From the NCBI GenBank assembly GCA_034522515.1, contig JAXHLF010000027.1:38886-102885 (forward strand): a stretch of 64,000 nucleotides of DNA, in the 5' to 3' direction. This DNA comes from Bacteroidales bacterium (lineage in GTDB: Bacteria > Bacteroidota > Bacteroidia > Bacteroidales > VadinHA17). This document shows positions 30,339 through 41,777 of this stretch, piece by piece. The first letter of the stretch is position 1. Every line of letters starts with the position of its first letter. The position numbers were made by a program, and so were the translations under genes. The notes under the pieces were generated by a model. The model was not told the DNA's origin, ran no database searches, and saw nothing but the letters and a program-made list of their open reading frames with translations.

Positions 30339-31067
30339 ATGATAAAACATATTCCCAATACCCTTACCTTGCTGAACCTTGTATCAGGTTTTGCTGCAAC
30401 TATCTATGCAATAAAAGGTTATAATGACTATGCGGCATTCTGCATCATGGCCGGCATGATCCTCGATTTTTCCGACGGATTTGCAGCGCGACTGCTGAAA
30501 GCATATTCCGACATTGGAAAAGATCTCGACAGCCTTGCTGATGTGGTCACCTTCGGTATTGCTCCAGGTGCCATCGTCCTGAACCTTCTTACCTCGGCCG
30601 GGTTTGGGTTAAGCTGTCCAGCCCTCGCGGTTGCCAGCGCTGATTACTTGCCGCTCTCGGTCATCGCGGCTTGCCAAATTCAACAATGACACCACCCAGT
30701 CGACCTCCTTCAGGGGTCTGGCCACACCGGGAAGTGCATTCATCGTTGTATCGGTTGTCATAGCCTCGGCATACACTGACTGTCCAGTATCTTCGGCACA
30801 ATGACCGGGTCTCCGTGGGTCACCGGCCTGATGTCACTTTTCCTTGCCGTGATGATGCTGATCAATATGCGGATGTTTTCGCTCAAGTTCTCCAGCCTCG
30901 GATGGAAGGGTAACGAAGAGCGGTGGCTCTTTGCCGGAGTCACTGTTCTGCTGTTCCTGATCTTCAGGCTGGCTTCGCTGCCGATGATCATGGCAGCCTA
31001 TATAGTTATTTCAGTAGTCTTTAACCTTCAGCTGGACAGCCGGGAGGCATCATCCTCCGGGGTATAG
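30339..31067 (+). CDS. pssA: CDP-diacylglycerol--serine O-phosphatidyltransferase, frameshifted
   Basis: IPN.LTLLNL.SG, DF.DGFAAR...S.IGKDLDSLAD.V.FG.APG. Confidence 0.85.
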
Positions 31068-31078
31068 CTGCTCACTGC

Positions 31079-32208
31079 TCAGTACATATGGCCTTCTCCG
31101 GACATCTCTTCGGCAGTAATATCCTTTCTGTTTATTGATCTCCAGGCAAACCATATGTATGCCACCACAAAGGGAATTATCAATGAGACATAGAACATAG
31201 TCTTGAGGGTAAACTGGCTTGATGATGCCCTGGCCAGTGTCAGGGAGCTCTGCAGGTCAGCCGATGAAGGGTAGAAGGCCGTCTCGCCGTAACCGGCCAT
31301 GAAGAACAGAGCCATAACCACCGGCACGGTGCCGAAGCCTGCATACCAGACTGCCCTGCGGGAATTCTTCACAATTCCCATCCATAATGCCACGAGCACC
31401 AGCACCACTCCACCCGCAAACAGTATCAGGGTGACGGGGCTTCCCACCAGGTTATGGAGGTAGTGGTACTGCACCAGGGTGACATTGCCTGTCACACTGT
31501 CGGCCCTGTAACCCTTTCCCAGAAGGATAAGGGCTGTAAAAGCAAGGAAGAAGACGAGAAAAGGAACTGCGTTTCTCAACAGGGCCCTTTTTATCAAACC
31601 TCCAAGATCTGCATCCTCAACAGAGTTATTAAGGTACATCAGGCCCAGCACCCTTGCAAGGAAGAGAACCGCCAGACCAAGCAACAGGTTTACAGGATTT
31701 GTCAGAGCCTCAAGACCGTGCCACCCTGATCCCCAGGTCACCCTGTTGAAGAGATCCAGCGCGAAGTCCGATCCCGTAAAGAAGGTTGCGACTGCCACTC
31801 CTATCAGGAATGGACCGAGGGAGCCGTTGATGAAGAGGAAGGCGTCAAAGACGCCGGTGCCGAACACGTTTGAAGGTTTTGACCGGAACTCGTATGCCAC
31901 GGCCTGGATGATGAAGCTGAAGAGAATTGCCATCCAGACCCAGTATGCCCCGCCGAAGCTGGTGGCATAGAATAGCGGGAATGAGGCGAAGAAGGCGCCG
32001 CCAAAGGTGACAAGGGTGGTGAAAGTGAACTCCATTTTTGCCCCAGTGCATTGACCATCATCTTGCGCTGCATGTCATTGCGCGGTAGCGAAAAGATAAA
32101 CGACTGGCCTCCCTGAACGAACATCAGGAAAACGAGAAGACCGGCCAGAAGTGATATAATCATCCACCAGTAGTCTTGCAGGAATGTGTGTGATATCATC
32201 AGTGTCAT
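31079..32208 (-). CDS. cydB: Cytochrome bd ubiquinol oxidase subunit II, frameshift near 32040
   Basis: LQDYWW, FVQGGQS, (W)EFTFTTLVTFGGAFFASFP, SLT...ASSS..TL. Confidence 0.92.
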
Positions 32209-32210
32209 GT

Positions 32211-33773
32211 TTACTCCTCCTGGTGTTTTGGACCTATTTTGATCTGTTTTGCCATAATGGATACCTCTGCTATGAGCAGTGCGGTGAAGAGGACAGCGAA
32301 GAGCCAGAAGGTGGTCTGCACGGCTCCGGCGCTTATGTTCGATACGGCCACACTGACAGGCATGAGGTTCTGAATTATCCATGGTTGCCGACCCATCTCC
32401 GTCACTATCCATCCGAGCTCACTGGCAAGATAGGCCAGAGGTATCGAGAAGAGAGCCAGCCAAAGGAACCAGCGGTTTTGTTCAATCGTCATCTTCGGGA
32501 GAAGTAGATGGCAAGTATGAAAAGCAGGATGAAGAAAAAACCCAGTCCCACCATGATTCGGAAACTGTAAAATGTGACCGGTACTGACGGTATCACCTGC
32601 CAGGGGTGTTCAAAGAAGCTGTATCCGAAGTACCTGAAGTAGTTATCGGTAAAATTCTTATCCTTGAATCTGGCTGCCAGGATTGACATCGACTCAGTGT
32701 CTCCGATCTCCTTTGCCATCTTATAGTCGGTAAGCACCTGGCGGGCATAGGTTCCGCGCTCCATCATCTCACTTACAGAGAGGATGCCACGCTCAGGGTT
32801 TCCATTGACAAGATCCTTAATACCCGGCACAAAACCGTCAGCCTTCCCCGTAGTCATAATGGAGAGCAGCTCCGGCACCTCAATCTTCAGCTTTATGTCA
32901 TGGACTTTCTTTTCCCCGATTCTTTCCCCGCTGTCTGTCAACGCCCCGATAACCGTCAGTCCGGCATCGCTCCTGCCATCATACAGAGCCTCCATGGCAG
33001 CAAACTTTACGGGTTGCACCTTTGCGATGGTGCGTGCCGACATATCTCCGGTGAATGCTACCAGCAGCGATGAGACAAGACCGAAGATGCCTGCAATCAA
33101 ATGCTCCTTCCGGCCAGGAGTTCCTCCCTGCGCCTATGAGAAACCATGAGCTGATTCCTACGACAAACACCGAGGCCAGGACAAACCCGGAGGTGACAGT
33201 ATGGAAGAACTTGTCGATGGCGACGGGGTTAAGCACAACATCCATGAAACTGGCCATCTCGTTGCGGGCGGTGTCAGGATTAAAGACCATGCCCACGGGA
33301 TTCTCCATCCATGCGTTGGCCACAAGGATCCAGAGGGCAGAGAGATTGGCTCCTACTGCGACCAGCCATGTGGAGGCAAGGTGAAACTTTTTGCTCACCT
33401 TGTTCCATCCGAAGAACATCACCGCCACGAAGGTCGACTCGAGGAAGAAGGCCAGTATGCCCTCGATCGCCAGAGGAGCACCGAAGATGTCACCAACGAA
33501 CCAGGAGTAGTTCGACCAGTTGGTGCCGAACTCAAATTCCAGAATGATGCCGGTAGCCACCCCAATGGCGAAGTTGATACCGAAGAGGGTCATCCAGAAC
33601 TTCGTGATCTTCTTCCATGCCACATCACCGGTACGCACATAGATAGTCTCCATGAACGCGAGGATGAAGGAGAGACCAAGGGTAAGAGGCACGAACAGCC
33701 AGTGGTATATGGCTGTGAGTGCAAATTGCGCCCTCGACCAGTTGACCAGTGAAAGATCGATGTTTTCAATCAT
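32211..33773 (-). CDS. cydA: Cytochrome bd ubiquinol oxidase subunit I, frameshifts near 33110 and 32490
   Basis: [51 protein letters not shown]. Confidence 0.94.
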
Positions 33774-33777
33774 AATA

Positions 33778-34005
33778 TCATTTATTTCCTGTTAGTTGTT
33801 CCAAAACGTACTCGCTGCGCTCCTCGTCGGACCTGAAGTTGGTTTTAAAGAAAATCGGGAAGAAGAAGAGCCTAAGGATGAGAAACATGATTAATAGTTT
33901 GATAAGGATAATGACCCATACCCTGTTGCCCCACCATGACATGGTACGGAATCCGTCATAATAGAACCCCGCAATTTTACCAAAGGCAGATCCTAACCCT
34001 GGCAT
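33778..34005 (-). CDS. DUF4492 small membrane protein
   Basis: FYYDGFR.M..G..VW.IILIKL.IMF..LR.FFFP; usual position upstream of cydA. Confidence 0.82.
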   Translation of the reverse strand: MPGLGSAFGKIAGFYYDGFRTMSWWGNRVWVIILIKLLIMFLILRLFFFPIFFKTNFRSDEERSEYVLEQLTGNK

Positions 34006-35266
34006 CACTTCTCGTCTCTTTTATCCCCGTCCCCGCCGGCCTGCGTGTTTTCGGGGGCTCCTTTTGCCTTCCCGGCCTCCTTCGCCTCCCTGGTCTCCTT
34101 TGCCTTCCCGGCCTCCTTTGCCTCCCTGGTCTCCTTTGCCTCAGTGCTTTCCCTGGCCTCTTTGCCGAAGCCGGAGGTTAGCTTGCGCACAGGCCCGAAA
34201 TTATAGAAGAACTCACGGGCAAAAACCCTCAGTGCAGTATATGCAGGCACGGCCACTATCATCCCGATAATACCCGCGAAACTTCCCACCGCCATAATGA
34301 CAAGGAAGATTTCAATGGGATGGGCATTTACACTCCGTGAATATATCATGGGCTGAATCAGGTTATTGTCTATGACCTGGGTACAGGCAATAACTATGAC
34401 CATATAGAGGACCAAAAGCCATATGACCGGGTAGCCTGCCGTTGTCACGGCTGTCGCCACGCCCATCAGTACGGCAACTGAGCCACCCAGCCAGGGGCCC
34501 AGATAGGGGATCACATTGAAGATCCCCACCAGCAGCCCCATCACCAGGGCCTGGTGGAACGGAAATCCTACGATCGTCATGCCGATGGTGATGTTGACGA
34601 GCACAATGGTCGACTGGAGAATAATACCGATAAAATACCTTATCAGGAGTTTCTTTATGGAGTGCAGAACATTCCTTATCCGAGCCTCATACTGATCGGG
34701 AACCATAACCATCACCGTCTCCTTGAAAAGTCCCTCATCCTTAAGGAAGAAGAAGGCGAGGAAGGTTATTGCCACGGCAGCAACGACTAACCTGCTGATC
34801 ACTGTCACGATATTGCCTGCAAAATCTGTGATTGATGCAGGATTGAGAATATTGCTGATGGTTGTGACAGCAATGTCATACAGGGTTTTATCTGCAGGCA
34901 TGTCACGGTAAATCTTCCTTATCACCGTGTCGAGTTTGTCGAGCTGGTCACGAAGACCCTGTACTATTGACCTGCATCAAAACCGGAAAGTGCATCAAGC
35001 TGTTTGGTAATGAGCGGGATGAATATCATGAAAAAGAGAGCCAGCAGGCCGTAAAGCAATATCAGCGTAAGAAGGGAACTCAACGCCCTTGGGAATTTGA
35101 ATTTCCATACCCTTATACTGTTCAGCAAATCAACGACAGGCCTCCCGATCAGTGAAATAACGCCGGCAATCAGGATGTAGGCAAAGATGCTGCGGAAATA
35201 CCAGAAGAGGTACACCAGCAAAGCTATACCTATTATTATCAATATGTTACGCAGAGTTGTATTCAT
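34005..35266 (-). CDS. AI-2E family transporter, frameshift near 34960
   Basis: SLIG.P.V, N.IPYLGP..G, Q.IDN...QP.I.S.SV.AHP.EIF. Confidence 0.88.
34060..34168 (-). repeat. 9-bp-unit (36-bp higher-order) coding repeat in the AI-2E C-terminal tail
   Basis: KEARESTEAKETREAKEAGKAKETREAKEAGKAK. Confidence 0.88.
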
Positions 35267-35373
35267 CAGGCTTTGTGGTCAGATAATAAAATACTGCTGT
35301 CGCAGGAATTGGCTAAAACTCCTTTCATCAAATTTAAAAAGAATTCCCGGTTATGCAATCGGTTTATATCAAA

Positions 35374-35446
35374 TGTCATTATGTCATGCCGTATTTAAAT
35401 ATATGTGTCATTATGGCATATATACGGAATCGGCATACTGATTGCA
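35374..35446 (+). promoter_or_regulatory. Two TGNCA-N3-TGNCA boxes plus sigma-54 promoter of hsp20
   Basis: TGTCATTATGTCA (35374-35386), TGTCATTATGGCA (35406-35418), 12-bp gap, CGGCATACTGATTGCA (35431-35446). Confidence 0.65.
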
Positions 35447-35499
35447 TTAATGACTGTGAAAATATCCAAAATGTTAAACATAATAAAAAGGAGGTTAAT

Positions 35500-35928
35500 A
35501 TGTTACCAATGATTACAAGAAGGAATTACAAACCGCTTACACTGTCGGATTTCTTCAATGAGGACTTCTTCCCGGCATTCAACAGGAATGCCAGCAGTCT
35601 GCCTGCTGTAAACATCAGGGAAGATGAGAAGGGATTTTATCTTGAGCTTGCTGTTCCAGGCATGAACAAGAAGGATCTGCGCATCGATGTTAAGGATGAT
35701 GTTCTGACCATCTCCGCTGAGCACAAGGAAGAGCAGCAGGGGGATCTGGATGGATACAGGCGCAGGGAGTTCAGCTACAGTTCATTCTGCCGCAGTTTCT
35801 ACCTGCCTGAGGATGTCAACGGTGAAAAGATCGGTGCCAGTTACAGGGATGGTATCCTGAGTGTTGAGATACCGAAACTTGAGGAAGAGAAGAAGAGGGA
35901 AAAAATCCGCTCTATCAGCATCTCGTAA
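35500..35928 (+). CDS. Hsp20/alpha-crystallin small heat shock protein
   Basis: PAVNIRE, ELAVPG..K.D, RREFSYSSF.RSF.LP, ASY.DG.L.V.IPK; AGGAGG upstream. Confidence 0.93.
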   Translation: MLPMITRRNYKPLTLSDFFNEDFFPAFNRNASSLPAVNIREDEKGFYLELAVPGMNKKDLRIDVKDDVLTISAEHKEEQQGDLDGYRRREFSYSSFCRSFYLPEDVNGEKIGASYRDGILSVEIPKLEEEKKREKIRSISIS

Positions 35929-35952
35929 TGGCGCGACAGTTATCTGCAAACT

Positions 35953-36114
35953 GAGAGACGCCTTTGTCGGGCGAATAACAGAGAGAGGCCCGTGAAGGGC
36001 GCACAGAAGAAGTCGCCCATGCGGGAGGACAGAAGAGTCGCCCATGCCGGGAGGACAAAAGAGAGTCGCCCATGCCGGAGGACATAGAGCCCCATGCGGG
36101 CGTCTCTCTGTTTT
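35953..36114. repeat. Degenerate ~26-bp tandem array (about 6 units) ending in a terminator-like 3' arm and T-run
   Basis: Units such as GAAGAGTCGCCCATGCCGGGAGGACA; final GGGCGTCTCTCTGTTTT is complementary to the first unit GAGAGACGCC. Confidence 0.8.
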
Positions 36115-36162
36115 ATTACCATATGGTTTATTATACAGGTATCTGCACCTGATGTTTTGTAA

Positions 36163-37386
36163 TCATGCCTCTACCTTCACGGAGATCAGCTCGCGTGCAA
36201 ACCTCTGGCCGTAGCTGATGAGCAGTTTTTCCTTATCGCTCTCGGGCACGAACTTGAATGCTGCCGGACTCTCGAAGAAACGAAGTTTAAGGTTCTTAAG
36301 CATCTCAGCAATGAGTACCGGGGCCTCACCGCTCCATCCGTACGAGCCGAAGGAGCCTGCCAGCTTGCCCCTGTCTCGCAGCGGGCTGACCATAGCCGCG
36401 AGTTTATAGACAGGCAGCAGGGTGTTCTGGTTGATCGTCGGCGACCCCACTATGATACCATCGGCTATTGTAAGCTTAGAGTCCATCTCCCCTACATCGG
36501 CCGTTTCAATATCCATTAACTCGGCCACTACATTCTCGACCTCCGAAGCGCCCCTGGCAATAAGTTCAGCCATCTCCCTGGTGTAACCGTAGGCAGAAAC
36601 ATAAGTGATCAGCACTCTCTTTTCTTCGGATTCCTCCGTAAGCTTAAGATAGGCTGATGCCATGTCATGTGTGTCATCAACTGTCTTCTTCCATCCCTTC
36701 CTGAGTATTGGTCCGTGACCTGTGGCAATCATTGAAATATCAAGCGGCCTGATCTTTTCAATGGCCTTTATCATGAATTTACTGTAAGGCTTCAGGATCA
36801 CATCAAAATAATACCTGAAATCTTCACTGTAGTCGCCTGTAAGGTCGTCAAACATCTCCTCACTGCAGTAGTGCGCGAACGAGTCGCATGTAAAAAGTAT
36901 CCTGTCCTCAACCAACGACGTATAGATGCTGTCAGGCCAGTGAAGGTTGGGGGCGGATATAAATTTCAGGGTCTTGTTGCCCAGATCCAGTGTGTCGCCA
37001 TCCTTTACGACCAGCGATTTAAACGGCCTGTTGACTATGTCTGAAAGGTACCTAATGGCATTGCCGCTGCCAACGACAACCGCTGAAGGAGCCAGGTCAA
37101 GCAGCTGACGCATCGCCCCTGAATGATCGGGCTCTGTGTGGTCAAGCACTATATATGCAATTTCAGCGGGGTCAGTGACCCTCCTGAGCTTGCTGAGGTA
37201 CGTATCACTGAACATCTCCTTGGCCGTCTCAATGACGGTTTTCTTCTCAGCATTGATGAAATAGGAATTATAGGTGGTACCGTGATCGGTATGCATCACG
37301 ATATCAAATGTTTTTATGTCAGGATCAAGCACTCCTATCCACTTCACATCGGGTGTCAGATCCAGTATTTTTGTATCTTCTCTCAT
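36163..37386 (-). CDS. fprA: Flavodiiron protein (FprA/Roo, A-type flavoprotein)
   Basis: GTTYNSY, HTEPDHSG, P.LHWPD, flavodoxin S.YGYT, GSPT.N, FGSYGWSGEA. Confidence 0.9.
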   Translation of the reverse strand: MREDTKILDLTPDVKWIGVLDPDIKTFDIVMHTDHGTTYNSYFINAEKKTVIETAKEMFSDTYLSKLRRVTDPAEIAYIVLDHTEPDHSGAMRQLLDLAPSAVVVGSGNAIRYLSDIVNRPFKSLVVKDGDTLDLGNKTLKFISAPNLHWPDSIYTSLVEDRILFTCDSFAHYCSEEMFDDLTGDYSEDFRYYFDVILKPYSKFMIKAIEKIRPLDISMIATGHGPILRKGWKKTVDDTHDMASAYLKLTEESEEKRVLITYVSAYGYTREMAELIARGASEVENVVAELMDIETADVGEMDSKLTIADGIIVGSPTINQNTLLPVYKLAAMVSPLRDRGKLAGSFGSYGWSGEAPVLIAEMLKNLKLRFFESPAAFKFVPESDKEKLLISYGQRFARELISVKVEA

Positions 37387-37396
37387 ATCCGTTAAA

Positions 37397-38069
37397 TTAA
37401 ATAACTCTGGCAAGGATTGTCCTGCTTGCCCTCACCTGGTCAAACATTTCCACGTCAACCTCTGTACCTGTGGGAAGGAATATGTCCACCCGTGATCCGA
37501 ACTTGATGAACCCAAGCTCGTCACCCTGATGCACCTTCTCTCCCCTTTTCGAATAAGTGACAATGCGCCTGGCAACCGCCCCGGCAACCTGTCTTATAAG
37601 TATTCCTGTGCCGTTATCTGATATAACAACTATTGTGCTCCTTTCGTTCAGTTCAGACGATTTCGGGCTGCGGGCATGATATTTTTTACCGGGCTGGTAG
37701 TGGGTATATGAAACGGTCCCCGAAATGGGGTACCGGTTGCTATGCATGTTGAAGGGTGACATGAAGATCGATATCTGCAGCCTGTTGTCATTGAAATACT
37801 CATTTTCAAATGTCTCCTCTATCACTACTATCTTGCCGTCGGCCGGAGCGTAGATCAGCAGCGGGTCTGGCTCCACAGGTCTTGCAGGCGTGCGGAAGAA
37901 CATCAAGATAAAGGTAAAGAAAAGCAGTGATGCAACTACAGCGGCATAATGCAGGAAGGTAGAGACACAGCAGGATCAGGCAGGCCGGAAAGATCCAGGC
38001 AGCGAGCAAAAGAAAGACTCCGAAGATAATCCTGTATCCTTCTTTATGAATTTTAAATTTTCTTAACAT
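37397..38069 (-). CDS. psd: Phosphatidylserine decarboxylase, 5' frameshifts
   Basis: IHKEG, FFR.P.R, APADG.IV, SIFMSP.N.H, RQVAG.VARRIV, GFIKFGSRVD. Confidence 0.92.
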
Positions 38070-38074
38070 CATGG

Positions 38075-38916
38075 TCATACAGAGACTGCAAGATAAAGAT
38101 ATACGAGCGGAAATGCCACTACCACGCTGTCAAACCTGTCGAGAAAGCCCCCGTGGCCGGGCATTATCGTCCCGGAGTCCTTCAGCCCCAGGCTCCGCTT
38201 CAGCATCGACTCCAGCAGGTCGCCAATGGTGCCTGCCACGGAGATGATCACAGCTATGATCATCCACCCTGTGGTGTCTGCCACACCGAGCCATCCGGAG
38301 ATAAGACGCGCAACGAGGAGGGTCAGTATCATCCCTCCGAAGAAACCCTCCCACGACTTCTTCGGTGAGATCCGCTCGAAGAGACGGTGCTTTCCAATTG
38401 ATGACCCTACGAGGTAGGCCCCGGTATCATTGGTCCACAATAAAAGAAAGAACCCTATCAGAATCCCGGGTGAAAATTGGATGGCCTCCATGGAAACCAG
38501 CGGCTCGAGGCCCGTCCGGTTAAATACGGCAAAGGGAAACATCGAGAAGGGGACCGCTGTGTAAATGATTGAAAATAATGTATGGGCAAGCGAATCGAAG
38601 GGTCTCTCCACCTTTCTGAAGAGCTCTGTCACCATCACTGCTGATATCACTGGTATAAGCACCAGGAACCCATCGAGGGGGAGCCATCCGAGAGCGATCA
38701 TTGTGGATGTGACATAGAGAATGAAGCCGCTGATAATGCCTGTGACCAGCTGCGGCCTTACACCTGTGCCTCTCACCATGATGTAATACTCGTGCTGGGT
38801 GCCGCCAATCATCACCGCACCCACAATAAAGAAGAGAGCGGATGAACAGAAGTCCCGAGAACGAGTATAACGATGAAAGCCCGGGCGTGGTGGTCGCGCC
38901 TGACAAAATTGGTCAC
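38075..38916 (-). CDS. cdsA: Phosphatidate cytidylyltransferase, 5' frameshifts
   Basis: W.NDTGAY..G, ISPKKSWEG, GDL.ES.LKR..G.KDSG.IMPGHGG.LDRFDS. Confidence 0.92.
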
Positions 38917-38917
38917 C

Positions 38918-39117
38918 TCACAGATCTTTGATTATTTCCTTTGCAATGAGCACGTTATTCACGATGGACAAAAACCTCGATCTCACGCTATCTTGTAGAT
39001 GCTGTCGCGCTTGTCTATTGCGACGGCGTTGATACCGCTTGTCAGAAGGCGTTCAACGGCTATATGGCTTCTGACATCATCCGTGAAACTGGATATGGCA
39101 ACCCACTCATTCTCCAT
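38918..39117 (-). CDS. DUF2007-like small protein, frameshifted
   Basis: MENEWV...L...GI.AV.IDKRDS.Y. Confidence 0.6.
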
Positions 39118-41214
39118 GTTCAGCCGGTGATGCGGGAACTTCCGACGCTGCGGTGGTTGCCGGGGTTTCAGGGGTCTCCTGAATTTCAGGAATCCGCGGA
39201 ACTTCCGGCAAGGATGGAATTTCCGGCATTGACGGTATTTCCGCAGCAGGCTTCTCATCGGACATATCTCTTGTGCGGTCACCCCTGCGTTTGCCGAAGA
39301 TACGCTCAAGATCCTCGCTGAAGATCACCTCTTTTTCGAGCAGCTGCTCGGCAAGCTGTCTCAGTCCTTCGATGTTGGCGGAGATGACCTCCTTCGCCTT
39401 TCCGTATGACTCTTCCACTATCTTTTTGGCCTCACTGTCTATCAGCTCAGCCGTCTTTTCGCCGTAGGGCTTTGTGAACCCGTATTCCGACTGACCTGAG
39501 GAATCGTAAAAACTCATATTCCCTACTGCATCTGACATTCCGAACCAGGCAACCATGGCATATGCCTGTTTGGTCACCTTCTCAAGGTCACTCAGGGCGC
39601 CGGTGGAAATTTTTCCAATGACCAGTTCTTCTGCTGCCCTTCCTCCCGAGGGCATAGGCCAGCTCGTCACAGATATGTTCACGGGTCGAAATGGATCGTT
39701 CTTCAGGGAGATACCATGCTGCCCCCAGAGCTTTTCCCCTGGGTATGATGGTCACCTTGAGGAGAGGACTGGCATGTTCCAGGAGCCAGCTGACGGTGGC
39801 GTGCCCGGCCTCATGGTAGGCAATCGTCCTCTTCTCCTCCATGGATATTATCTTGTTCTTCTTCTCCAGCCCGCCGATGATCCTGTCAACGGCATCGAGG
39901 AAATCCTGTTTCTCCACCACCGTTTTGTTACCCCTGGCAGCTATGAGGGCAGCCTCGTTGCACACATTGGCAATGTCAGCGCCGGAGAATCCCGGAGTCT
40001 GTTTTGCAAGGAAGGCAATGTCAAATCCCTCATCAAGCTTTATCGGACGAAGGTGCACCTTGAAGATGGCTTCGCGCTCCTTGATGTCAGGAAGCTCAAC
40101 GCTGATCTGGCGGTCGAATCGGCCGGCCCTGAGCAGAGCCTTGTCGAGTATGTCTGCCCTGTTTGTGGCTGCAAGGATTATCACCCCGCTATTGGTGCCG
40201 AAGCCGTCCATCTCCGTAAGGAGCTGGTTGAGAGTATTTTCACGCTCGTCATTTGCGCCGAAGTTCGGGTTGCGGCCGCGGGCACGCCCTACGGCATCGA
40301 TCTCATCAATGAAAACGATACACGGTGCCTTCTCCTTTGCCTGCTTGAAAAGATCCCTGACTCGCGAGGCGCCGACACCGACAAACATCTCCACGAAGTC
40401 TGAACCGGAGATGGAGAAGAAGGGTACATTGGCCTCACCGGCAACAGCCTTGGCAAGAAGCGTCTTACCTGTCCCCGGAGGACCCACCAGCAGAGCACCC
40501 TTGGGTATCTTGCCACCGAGGGAGGTGTATTTTTTCGGGTTCTTCAGGAAATCAACTATCTCCATCACCTCGGTCTTGGCCTCTTCAAGACCGGCAACAT
40601 CGCTGAAGTTGGTCTTTATATGAGTGTCCTTGTCAAATATCTGGGCCTTCGACTTGCCAACGCTGAAGATGTTGCCGCCACCGCCACCGCCACCGCCGCC
40701 GGACATGCGCCTCATAAAGTAGATCCACAGCAGGGCGATGATCAGAAACGGAAGTATGACACCCAGGAAAGTGGCCAGGTAGTCTTTCCTCTTCTGGTAT
40801 TCGAGGTAGATGCGATTCTCTTCAGTATATCCGGCCTTATCCTGAGCCGCGGAAAAGAACTCCTGGAAGAGCTCAACGGTTCCGAAAGTGTGGTAATAGT
40901 GCGGTCTTGGGGGCTGCAGCCCAAAGCTACGCTGTTCTGCAAAATCGGGATAACGCCCGCTCTTGAGCGAGTCGGTTTTTATGTAAATCTCAGCCTGTTC
41001 CTCATTGATCACGATAACCTTCTCAATGTCGTGATTCATGACCATCTCTTCAACCTCCCTCTGCCCGGCTTTCTGAGTGTACTTGCCTGCAAAGAGGATC
41101 TGGAACAGAAGAAATGTCAGCACAAGAGTTGCAATCGGCCAACTTGAGTTGAACCAGGGATTTTGGCTTTTTATCGTTCTTGTCTGACCTTGGAGTCTCC
41201 TTGTTCTCTGCCAT
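39107..41214 (-). CDS. ftsH: ATP-dependent zinc metalloprotease FtsH, frameshifts near 41150 and 39625
   Basis: [44 protein letters not shown]. Confidence 0.95.
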
Positions 41215-41220
41215 ATATCA

Positions 41221-41605
41221 TTAACCTTTCATTTCTGTTTTGTCTTCGAGCATCGTTACACGACCGTCAGCCCACAATGATTCGAGGTCGTAAAAGTCCC
41301 TGTAAGGCTGCTGAAAAATATGTACGAGAACATCACCGTAATCTAGCAGAACCCATATGCAGTTTTCCCTGCCCTCAATATGATAGGGTTTTCTCCCTGT
41401 CTCCTTCCTCAACCACATCCTCAACCGACCAGGCGAGTGAATCAACCTGCTTTGTGGATGCGGCGTGACTTATCACGAAAAAGTCGCACATCCTGCTTTC
41501 AATTTTTCTCAGATCGATCAGCGCCACCCTCTCTCCCTTTTTCTCAAACAAACCCTTTACAATGCTCTCTGTCATCTGGGTGGCCTCTTTCCCGGCTTTT
41601 CTCAT
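41221..41605 (-). CDS. rsfS: Ribosome silencing factor RsfS, frameshift near 41410
   Basis: EKKG....[22 protein letters not shown]...R.FYDLE.LW.D. Confidence 0.92.
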
Positions 41606-41777
41606 CAATAAACTTTTCAGTAATAAACAGTTCCTGTAAACTGCCGCAAAATTACGAACATTTATCCGTATTTTCGTCCGGCTCTTACTCTTTTTACAAT
41701 AAGGGTGCCAATTTGACGGGTTGGGACAAAAGCGCCGGTTTTAGACTGATATTGAACATTGCAAATACTTCTTTACC

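Noticed and set aside
31079-33773. Programmed frameshifting or pseudogenisation of cydAB
   Set aside because: Slips look like the other indels scattered across the window, with no slippery site plus stimulatory structure.
35953-36114. Possible CRISPR array
   Set aside because: Units are contiguous and degenerate with no unique spacers, and no cas genes are present.
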